In this document: positions 39,501 to 45,800 of the stretch, in pieces
How positions within the stretch are numbered: the stretch's first letter is position 1
Layout: every line of letters begins with the position of its first letter
DNA from: an uncultured Bacteroidales bacterium
GTDB taxonomy: Bacteria; Bacteroidota; Bacteroidia; Bacteroidales; JAFGXI01
Assembly: GCA_947311115.1 (NCBI GenBank)
Contig: CAMZKE010000029.1
Coordinates: 10,385-74,384, forward strand
Length of the DNA stretch: 64,000 nt
Direction: 5' to 3'
Program-made: the position numbers and the translations under genes
Notes under the pieces: model-generated
What the model saw: the letters and a program-made list of their open reading frames with translations, nothing else
Databases searched by the model: none
What the model was told of the DNA's origin: nothing

Positions 39501-40854
39501 GGCAATTTCAACATCGGCAGGAGCCGAAGTGCAACGTCCTTTAGCAACAGTTGTTATTGGTGGCATGATTACATCTACCATATTAACGCTTATTGTTTTA
39601 CCAATTTTATATAAATGGATAGAAACTAAAAAAATGAAAACACCTAAATTAAATTTATCTGCGGCAAGCGTAGTTTTGCTAATTGCTTTTTTAGGATTTT
39701 CGAGCAATACAAATGCTCAAACTACAACTTATAATTTGCAGCAAGTTTTAGATACTGCAAAAGCAAATTATCCGGCTATAAAAGCGGCACAATTTAATGT
39801 GGAAAAGCAAAAAGCATTAAAATCTACAGCTTGGGATTTTGGCTCTACTAATATTTTTACAGGTAGAGAGGAGCAAGGTAACGGGCAAGTTGGTATTCAA
39901 AATGTAATTGGAATTGGGCAATCTGACATCGATATTTTTAGTATCCCTGCAAAAGGAAATTTGGCTAAAGCCAGAACAGAACAAGCGGTTCAACAACAAA
40001 TTTTAACAGAGTTAAAGCTAAAAAAAGATGTAAAAACAGCTTGGTATAAAGCCGTTTATGCAAAAAAGAATATGCAACTTTATTTGGTTTTAGATAGCTT
40101 ATACACCGATTTTTTACAAGCAACAGAACTTAGATATAAAACAGGAGCTAGTTCAAAAATTGAGTTTTTAACTGCATCGAGTAAGTTTAATGAGCTAAAA
40201 ATAAATATGCAACAAGCCGAAAGTAAATATTATTCTGCTTTGCAGAATCTAAATAAGTATTTATTATGTAAAACTGCTTTCGATATCGACATTAAAAATA
40301 GCAAGCAAAATATATTTATTAATACTGCTGACAGTCTGGATAATAGTCCTTTGCTTAGTTATTACGCAATGCAAACCCAACTTGCAAAAGCCCAATGGAA
40401 AAGCGAAAAAGCTAATCTATTACCAAAATTTAATTTTGAATATAAAAATCAATCTATTGATGGAGTAAGCGGCTTTAACGCTTGGCAAGTAGGTGTTTCT
40501 GTTCCTTTGGTATTTTTTTCTCAAAATGGAAAGAACAAAGCAGGCAGAATGGATTATCAGATTGCTAATGCCGAATTTGAGCAAAATAAATTACAAATAA
40601 ATTCTAATTATTTGCAACTGATAAACAGATACAATGTTCTAAAAAAAACTATGGAATATTATAACGATATTGCAATTCCTTTAGCCGATGAGCAGATTAA
40701 TGCATCTAATATTGCATTTAAAGCCGGAGGTATAGATTATATACAATTTATTCAGAGTTTGGAAAGTGCTATCGAGATAAAGCAAGTTTATCTTAAACAA
40801 GAAGCAGAATATTATATTTTGCAAGCAGAATTAAATTATTTAATAGGAAAATAA
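36526..40854 (+). CDS. CzcA-family heavy-metal RND pump fused in frame to a TolC/CzcC-type outer-membrane factor
   Basis: Residues 1-1036 are CzcA-like ('DFGILVDGAVIIVE', 12 TM segments, ends 'LPILYKWIETKK'). Residue 1037 onward reads 'MKTPKLNLSAASVVLLIAFLGFSSNTNAQ' (signal-peptide-like) plus a 400-aa TolC-family repeat. No stop codon at the junction (ATG 39634-39636 is in frame). Confidence 0.85.
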   Translation: MINNIINFSIKNKALVWLMTIGLIIGGIYSMTKVPLDAMPDITNNQVLVITTAPNLGTEDIERFVTYQVELAVANLPDVVEIRSVSRFGLSVVTIVFEESAGKYLPRQLVSEALSDIKEKIPEGFGEPFMAPISTGLGEIYQYTLEVAPGFEDKYDDMQLRTMQDWIVKRQMAMLPGVVEVNSFGGRQKQYEVAINPDKLKSMGVSMSDVYKALEKNNQNIGGAYIEKNHQANFIRGEGLMRSKKDLENTLVKNIDGQAIFIRDVATVKFGNFVRYGAFLENGKGEAVGGIVMMLKGANSNDVIKAVKERVALIQKSLPEGVSIKPFLDRSKLIKHTTSTVAENLAMGALIVIFILVLFLGNLRGGLIVASTIPLALLFAFIMMHIFGVWANLMSLGALDFGILVDGAVIIVESMIFYLHRKNIIGTKLSQEKRDNIAYKSASKMMNSAFFGQLIILIVFIPILALEGVEGKMFIPMALTFGFAVVGVMLLSLTYIPMLAATFLKPPKTTKKSFGDKIINKLENFYNPIIDWALRKSSIVISVSLILLLVGGFLFSRMGAEFIPKLDEGDFAFQTFFKPGTSLSEVTQTTNKIHKLIMDKFPDEIESVQGRIGVADIPMDPMPLDIADNFVILKPKKDWTKVKSKAELIEKIEEELSVFTGINYEFTQPIEMRFNELLTGVREDIAIKLYGDDLNIISEKAQEIASLVSGIRGVAGVKAEATKGLPQITVKYNRNMMARYGLNISDVNNIIETAFSGGVAGKIYEGERMFDLVVRLDKAHRTSIDDIRNLFVNLPNGQQIPLQEVANIDYKPGPMQISRDNTNRRTYVGINVEDRDIKSLVNEIQDVLDAKLKLPTGYYIRYGGAFENLERASKKLTLVVPLALALIFMLVFFAIKSFKQTLMIYIAIPFAAVGGIFSLYLRDMPFSISAGVGFIVLFGVAVLNGLVLISGFNELKAEGKFNIIDIVKKGSIRRIRPILLTASTDILGFLPMAISTSAGAEVQRPLATVVIGGMITSTILTLIVLPILYKWIETKKMKTPKLNLSAASVVLLIAFLGFSSNTNAQTTTYNLQQVLDTAKANYPAIKAAQFNVEKQKALKSTAWDFGSTNIFTGREEQGNGQVGIQNVIGIGQSDIDIFSIPAKGNLAKARTEQAVQQQILTELKLKKDVKTAWYKAVYAKKNMQLYLVLDSLYTDFLQATELRYKTGASSKIEFLTASSKFNELKINMQQAESKYYSALQNLNKYLLCKTAFDIDIKNSKQNIFINTADSLDNSPLLSYYAMQTQLAKAQWKSEKANLLPKFNFEYKNQSIDGVSGFNAWQVGVSVPLVFFSQNGKNKAGRMDYQIANAEFEQNKLQINSNYLQLINRYNVLKKTMEYYNDIAIPLADEQINASNIAFKAGGIDYIQFIQSLESAIEIKQVYLKQEAEYYILQAELNYLIGK

Positions 40855-40937
40855 ATTAAAATAAGTAAAAGACTAACAGGTTTCTAAAACTTGAGGTCTA
40901 TAATAGTATAGAGTATAAAAAATTAAAATATAGAATA

Positions 40938-42140
40938 ATGAAAACAAAAATATTTATAACAATTTTCGCAATTATAGCTTTGGTGTCGTGTAATAATTCA
41001 TCAATACAAAAAGGCGAAAACGAAGAACAACACGAACACGAAGAGGGAGTAGTTGAACTATCAAAAAAACAGGAAAAAGCTCTAAATTTAGAATTAGGCA
41101 AAGTGCAAGAACGTAATTTAACTACTGTTGTAAAAATTAACGGTGAATTATCGGTTTCGCCATCGAGCAGTGCCAATATTACAGCTATTGTTGGCGGTAA
41201 TATAAAAAAAATTAATGTATTTCAGGGCGATAAGGTAAAAAAAGGACAGCAATTGGTAGTGTTAGAACACCCTGATTATATTGCAATGCAAGAAGATTTT
41301 GCTGTTATTGCTCACAATTTAGATTTTTTAGAACAAGAGTATAAAAGACAAAAACAATTATATGAAAAAAACGTGGGTTCCGGCAAAGATTTTCAAAAAG
41401 CTAAAGCCGACTACAATACTGCTAAGGCAAAATACGAAGGTTTAAAATCTCGTTTGCAACTATTAAATTTATCGCCCGAAAAAGTAAAGCAAGGCAAAAT
41501 TTCTAATACTGTTAACATTCTATCGCCAATTAACGGTTATGTTAGCGAAGTAAACATTAAAGTTGGAACTTATGTTGATGCAAAAGATGTAATTCTTGAA
41601 ATAACTGATAACAGTGACTTACACGCTGATTTTAAAGTTTACGAAAAAGATGTTCATTTAATTCGTAAAGGACAGAAAATACATTTTACGGTTGCTAACA
41701 ATCCTGATAAAGAATATACTGCAAATGTTTTTGCTATTGGAAAAGAGTTTGAAAAAAAATCGAGAGCAATAAGTATTCATTCGAGAATAAACGAAACAGC
41801 TGACGATTTAATTCCCGGAATGTATATAACAGGGCATCTGCATGCCGATAAAAAACATACTCAGGCATTGCCAAATCAGGCAATTATAAAAAAAGGAGTA
41901 AAGTCATTTGTGTTTATTTTAGATGATGATGAACATTCAGAAACTAAACAAAATGCAAATCACGAAAGTGAAGAAAAAGACCGTTTTAAAATGATAGAAG
42001 TAATTACCGGCGTTTCAGATGCGGGTTACACCGAGGTGCATTTTGTTGATGAGATTGACAAAAACACCCTAATTGTACAAAATGTTGCTTATTATTTATT
42101 GGCAGAAATGGGTAAAGAAGAAACTGAACACTCACACTAA
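40938..42140 (+). CDS. RND periplasmic adaptor (CzcB-like membrane-fusion lipoprotein)
   Basis: Lipobox 'IALVSC'. His/Glu-rich 'EEQHEHEEG' and C-terminal 'ETEHSH'. Coiled-coil hairpin and beta-barrel MFP layout. Confidence 0.85.
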   Translation: MKTKIFITIFAIIALVSCNNSSIQKGENEEQHEHEEGVVELSKKQEKALNLELGKVQERNLTTVVKINGELSVSPSSSANITAIVGGNIKKINVFQGDKVKKGQQLVVLEHPDYIAMQEDFAVIAHNLDFLEQEYKRQKQLYEKNVGSGKDFQKAKADYNTAKAKYEGLKSRLQLLNLSPEKVKQGKISNTVNILSPINGYVSEVNIKVGTYVDAKDVILEITDNSDLHADFKVYEKDVHLIRKGQKIHFTVANNPDKEYTANVFAIGKEFEKKSRAISIHSRINETADDLIPGMYITGHLHADKKHTQALPNQAIIKKGVKSFVFILDDDEHSETKQNANHESEEKDRFKMIEVITGVSDAGYTEVHFVDEIDKNTLIVQNVAYYLLAEMGKEETEHSH

Positions 42141-42196
42141 ATAAAGTAAATTATGAAAAACTTTTTTTTCATTATCTTTGATAAAAAATTTTATAA

Positions 42197-42763
42197 ATGT
42201 CTAAAGCTACCTTGCATATAAAAAATATGGTTTGTCCTCGCTGCATTACAGCAGTTGAGGACACACTAACTAATTTAAAAATTAAGTTTGAATCTGTTAA
42301 ATTAGGTGAGGCAGAAGTTTTTAATGATAATATTGATTACAATTTGCTTGATATAAGATTAAAAGCAATTGGTTTTGAGCTTATTAACAACGATGATAGT
42401 AAAATTATTGAAACAATAAAAACTATAATTATCAATATTATTCATCATTCTGATAGAGAAACACTTAATAAAAATTTTTCAAAGATTTTATCCGATAAAA
42501 CAAAAAAGCCATATACCTACCTTTCTAATTTATTTTCAGAGAAAGAGAATATAACTATCGAAAAATATATAATTCTACAAAAAATAGAAAAAGTAAAAGA
42601 ATTAATTTCGTATAAAGATTTAAGTTTTTCGGAAATTGCTTATAAATTACATTATAGCAGTCCTGCACATTTATCAACGCAATTTAAAAAAATAATGGGC
42701 TGTTCGTTATCCGAATACAAAAAAATGAATATTGATGATAGAAAAACTTTAGATGTGCTGTAA
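42197..42763 (+). CDS. AraC-family regulator with N-terminal heavy-metal-associated (HMA) domain
   Basis: 'LHIKNMVCPRCITAVEDTL' (MxCxxC HMA loop). C-terminal HTH 'LSFSEIAYKLHYSSPAHLSTQFKKIMGCSLSEYKK'. Confidence 0.75.
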   Translation: MSKATLHIKNMVCPRCITAVEDTLTNLKIKFESVKLGEAEVFNDNIDYNLLDIRLKAIGFELINNDDSKIIETIKTIIINIIHHSDRETLNKNFSKILSDKTKKPYTYLSNLFSEKENITIEKYIILQKIEKVKELISYKDLSFSEIAYKLHYSSPAHLSTQFKKIMGCSLSEYKKMNIDDRKTLDVL

Positions 42764-43182
42764 TGAAAGAAAGTATAAACAAATCATTAGAAATAAAAAA
42801 GGTAAAACCAACTGCTATGCGTCAATTGGTGCTAGATATACTTTCTAAACAAGAGCATGCTATTGGTTTGCCCGAGTTAGAAGCACAATTTGCACAAGCC
42901 GACCGCACAACGCTTTACCGAACTCTAAAAACATTTGTTACTAAAAAGGTAATTCACAGTATTGACGATGGAACAGGCACAATAAAATATGCCATTTGCA
43001 AAGACACTTGCCAGTGTAATCCCAACGAACTACATGTGCATTTTTATTGTACAAAATGCGAAAAAACTACTTGCTTAACAGATATTGCAATTCCTGATGT
43101 GCCTCTGCCACAATATTATATTGCCGAAAATATTAATATGGTGGTTAAAGGTTTATGCGATAAGTGCAGTAAGAAAAATTAG
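42763..43182 (+). CDS. Fur-family metalloregulator (Zur/Fur-like)
   Basis: 'PTAMRQLVLDIL...TLYRTLKTF' winged helix. Two CxxC pairs, 'CTKCEKTTC' and 'CDKCSKK'. Its start overlaps the stop of the AraC gene. Confidence 0.8.
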   Translation: MKESINKSLEIKKVKPTAMRQLVLDILSKQEHAIGLPELEAQFAQADRTTLYRTLKTFVTKKVIHSIDDGTGTIKYAICKDTCQCNPNELHVHFYCTKCEKTTCLTDIAIPDVPLPQYYIAENINMVVKGLCDKCSKKN

Positions 43183-43201
43183 AAATATTCGTAAAAAATA
43201 C

Positions 43202-43238
43202 TTTGCAACTTAGTTGCACCAATAACGCCCTATCTTTG
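43202..43238 (+). promoter_or_regulatory. Promoter with palindromic operator (copy 2)
   Basis: Same 17-mer TTTGCAACTTAGTTGCA (43202-43218), then 12 nt, then TATCTTTGTATT, as at 35982. Lies just downstream of the Fur-family gene and upstream of ORF 43263. Confidence 0.55.
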
Positions 43239-43262
43239 TATTGAATTTTAAATTTTAATACA

Positions 43263-43742
43263 ATGAAACGAATTTTTACAATAATTAGCATAAGCATTCT
43301 GTTTGTAATAAGTGCTAATGCACAAGAAAGCAAACCAACAGGCGATAATTACAAAATAATTACAGGTGTAAGAGTAAATCCACTTTTAATATACGATTTA
43401 GAAGGAGGCGTAAAAGAAAAAGTTTTGTTACACGGCGAGTTAGGTGTATTGCTAAAAAAACGATTATATACCTCGGTAGGATATACAGCCGCAGTAAATG
43501 CGATCTACAATTTTAACGAATATTGGTTTATAGGGTTCAATAAAAAAGTGCCGGTATCGTGGGTAATTGCCGAAGAGTATAACTTGAACAATAACAAATT
43601 TTATGTACAAACAGGACCAAATATCAAGCTAAGCAAAATTGGAAATGTATTTGCCTTTTTATACACTCCAACCGACCAATTTAAATTAGGGTTAAAAGTT
43701 GGTGTTTTTATCCCTTTAAATGTAGTATTAAAGAAAGGATAG
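43263..43742 (+). CDS. Secreted beta-rich protein of unknown function
   Basis: Signal peptide 'ILFVISANAQ'. Alternating beta-strand pattern. First gene after operator copy 2. Confidence 0.4.
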   Translation: MKRIFTIISISILFVISANAQESKPTGDNYKIITGVRVNPLLIYDLEGGVKEKVLLHGELGVLLKKRLYTSVGYTAAVNAIYNFNEYWFIGFNKKVPVSWVIAEEYNLNNNKFYVQTGPNIKLSKIGNVFAFLYTPTDQFKLGLKVGVFIPLNVVLKKG

Positions 43743-43745
43743 ATT

Positions 43746-43952
43746 ATGGAAATCCAATTAAAATCAATAATAACTTGTCCGCAATGTGGGCATAAAAAAG
43801 AAGAAACAATGCCTGTGGATTCATGTCAGTTTTTTTACGAATGCGAGAATTGCCATTTTGTAATGAAACCAAAAAAAGGCGATTGTTGCGTTTATTGTTC
43901 TTATGGCACTGTTCCTTGCCCATCAATTCAAAAAAATAAATCGTGCTGTTAA
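43746..43952 (+). CDS. Small Cys-rich metal-binding protein (GDCCVxC-motif family)
   Basis: 68 aa with 12 Cys: 'CPQCGH', 'CENCHF', 'KKGDCCVYCSYG', C-terminal 'KSCC'. Confidence 0.65.
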   Translation: MEIQLKSIITCPQCGHKKEETMPVDSCQFFYECENCHFVMKPKKGDCCVYCSYGTVPCPSIQKNKSCC

Positions 43953-43961
43953 ATCTTTGTT

Positions 43962-44747
43962 ATGATAAAAACTAGTTATTATATAGCTAAAATGGATTGA
44001 GCTTCCGAAGAGTCCTTAATCAGGATTAAGCTGGAAGATATTTCTGAAATTATTGATTTGCAATTCGATTTAGATAATAGAATTTTAAATGTTTTTCATT
44101 CAACAGAAAACCCTGAAATAGAAAAGCGAATACATTCTCTTAAATTGGGTTGCGATATTAAATCGAGAAGTACGGTAGATAAGCAAATTACCAAGGGAGA
44201 TAAGTATGACAAAAAGTTATTGTGGTGGGTTTTATCTATTAATTTAGCTTTCTTTTTTATAGAAAGTATTTTTGGTTTGTTATCAAAATCTATGGGTTTA
44301 GTTGCCGATAGTTTAGATATGTTTGCCGATGCTCTAGTTTACGGATTAAGTATATGGGCAGTTGGTTCTGCTATATCAAAAAAGCAAAAAGTTGCTAAAA
44401 TAAGCGGATATTTTCAAATTAGTTTGGCTTTACTTGGTTTTATAGAAATTATTCGCAGAATATTCTTCGAAAATATTACGCCTAATTATCTAACAATGAT
44501 TTGGATATCGGCTTTTGCGTTAATAGGCAATGCTGCAAGTATGTTTATTTTAAATAAAACCAACAGTAAAGATGCAAATATTTTGGCAAGCAAAATTTTT
44601 ACATCAAACGATGTCATAATTAATTTGGGTGTAATATTAGCAGGTTTCTTGGTTATGATAACTCAATCTTTAATTCCGGATTTAGTTATAGGAACACTTG
44701 TGTTTATTATTGTAGTTAAAGGAGCGATTAAAATATTAAAATTATAA
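43962..44747 (+). CDS. CDF-like cation transporter with N-terminal HMA-like domain; in-frame TGA (43998-44000) at the predicted metal-ligand Cys position
   Basis: ATG 43962 lies 9 nt after the preceding stop. Translation gives 'MIKTSYYIAKMD[TGA]ASEESLIRIKLEDISEIIDLQFDLDNRILNVFH...'. The TM domain has 'LLWWVLSINLAFFFIE...GLVADSLDMFADALVYGLS'. The ORF track starts it at TTG 44058, in the middle of the HMA fold. Confidence 0.6.
44001..44038 (+). other. Nested hairpin immediately 3' of the in-frame TGA (SECIS-like candidate)
   Basis: CTTCC(44002-06)/GGAAG(44033-37) encloses AG/CT and CTTAAT(44015-20)/ATTAAG(44025-30), with apical loop CAGG. Confidence 0.4.
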
Positions 44748-44833
44748 TATTAAAAAATTATATAAGCATTTCTAAAAATTATGTAAGTTTTATATAAATT
44801 AAAGTTGTAATTTTGAATTATTCTAAATAAAAG

Positions 44834-45253
44834 ATGAAAAAAGTCATTAACATATTAGTTTCAATAGTTTTTCTACTAAGTTTTGTGGGAGTTCAGGTGC
44901 ATAAGCACTACTCAAACGGAAAACTTTACAGCATTGCTGTTTATCAAGAAGCTGAGAGCTGTTGCCAGGATATGGAACATTGCGAAATGGCTAATATGGC
45001 ATCGTGCCATCATCAGCAAACAAATGACTGTTCTTGCGAAGATGAAACAGAAGTTTTTCAATTAATTAATAATTTTGTAGTAAGCGAAAAACAAGAAATT
45101 GCAGAAATGCCTGTTTTCGATGTAGCTACTACTTGTTGCTCCCAAACAAACATTCAAAAAGAATATTTAAGTTTAAATATCAGAGTTATTGATATTTTGC
45201 CACCCGGTAACTCGCTTGACACACAATCGGAATTTGGTGTATTTCTTTGTTGA
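44834..45253 (+). CDS. Small membrane-anchored Cys/His-rich protein (HYC_CC_PP-like, tentative)
   Basis: N-terminal TM segment, 'VHKHYSNG', 'ESCCQDMEHCEMANMASCHHQ', 'TTCC', 'ILPPGN'. Lies upstream of the second RND system. Confidence 0.5.
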   Translation: MKKVINILVSIVFLLSFVGVQVHKHYSNGKLYSIAVYQEAESCCQDMEHCEMANMASCHHQQTNDCSCEDETEVFQLINNFVVSEKQEIAEMPVFDVATTCCSQTNIQKEYLSLNIRVIDILPPGNSLDTQSEFGVFLC

Positions 45254-45273
45254 TACCATTTAATACAATTCGT

Positions 45274-45294
45274 AGAAGTCACGGCGTGACTTCT
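45274..45294. promoter_or_regulatory. Perfect 9-bp palindrome AGAAGTCAC-GGC-GTGACTTCT (terminator and/or operator)
   Basis: Read directly from the sequence. It starts 21 nt after the stop of 44834-45253. It shares the core AGTCACnnCGTGACTT with 45344-45358. Confidence 0.5.
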
Positions 45295-45343
45295 AACTAA
45301 AAAGTAGTGAGATTAATAAGATAAGAATAATCTTATATAAGAT

Positions 45344-45358
45344 AGTCACATCGTGACT
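45344..45358. promoter_or_regulatory. Second AGTCAC-ATC-GTGACT palindrome upstream of the DUF302/cus genes
   Basis: Read directly from the sequence. Its centre is 67 bp from the first palindrome, about 50 nt upstream of ATG 45405. Confidence 0.45.
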
Positions 45359-45404
45359 TAATATCTGCTTAAATCAAAATAAATATCAATAAAAAAATAA
45401 TACA

Positions 45405-45788
45405 ATGAAATATTATATAAATAAAACCATAAATGCAGATTTAGAAACTGCAACAGAATTAGTAAAAGAAGAACTTCAAAAAGAAGGTTTCGGAATTGTA
45501 ACCCAGTTCGATGTAAACAAAGCATTAAAAGAAAAATTAGATGTTGATTTTCGTCAATATAGAATTCTTGGTGCTTGTAATCCTGCTTTTGCTTTGCGTT
45601 CAATAAACACAGAGGATAAAATAGGAACTATATTGCCATGTAACGTAATGTTACAAGAAATTGATAATGGTGTAGAAATAGCCATTATTAATCCGAAACA
45701 AATGGTTGTAGATATCGATAATGCCGAGATGAAAGCCATTGCTCATGAAATATTTGATAAAATGCAAAATGTAATATCAAACATCTAA
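45405..45788 (+). CDS. DUF302-domain protein
   Basis: 'GFGIVTQFDVNKALKEKLDVDFRQYRILGACNP' matches the conserved DUF302 core. Confidence 0.7.
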   Translation: MKYYINKTINADLETATELVKEELQKEGFGIVTQFDVNKALKEKLDVDFRQYRILGACNPAFALRSINTEDKIGTILPCNVMLQEIDNGVEIAIINPKQMVVDIDNAEMKAIAHEIFDKMQNVISNI

Positions 45789-45800
45789 AATTATAACATA

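Noticed and set aside
36726-39999. Antisense and embedded ORFs inside the czcA-like gene (36726-36929, 36865-37218, 37467-37682, 39282-39707, 39817-39999). Comparable ones lie inside other long genes (for example 495-767, 1842-2069, 2210-2506, 6642-6959, 6777-7052, 46415-46627, 49698-49997, 61556-61858).
   Set aside because: All lie wholly within strongly supported genes on the opposite strand or in another frame. Their compositions mirror the host gene's codon bias and they show no motifs.
44883-45065. 60-aa ORF in another frame within the Cys-rich protein gene 44834-45253
   Set aside because: The longer frame has a signal anchor and conserved Cys/His motifs. The overlapping frame has none.
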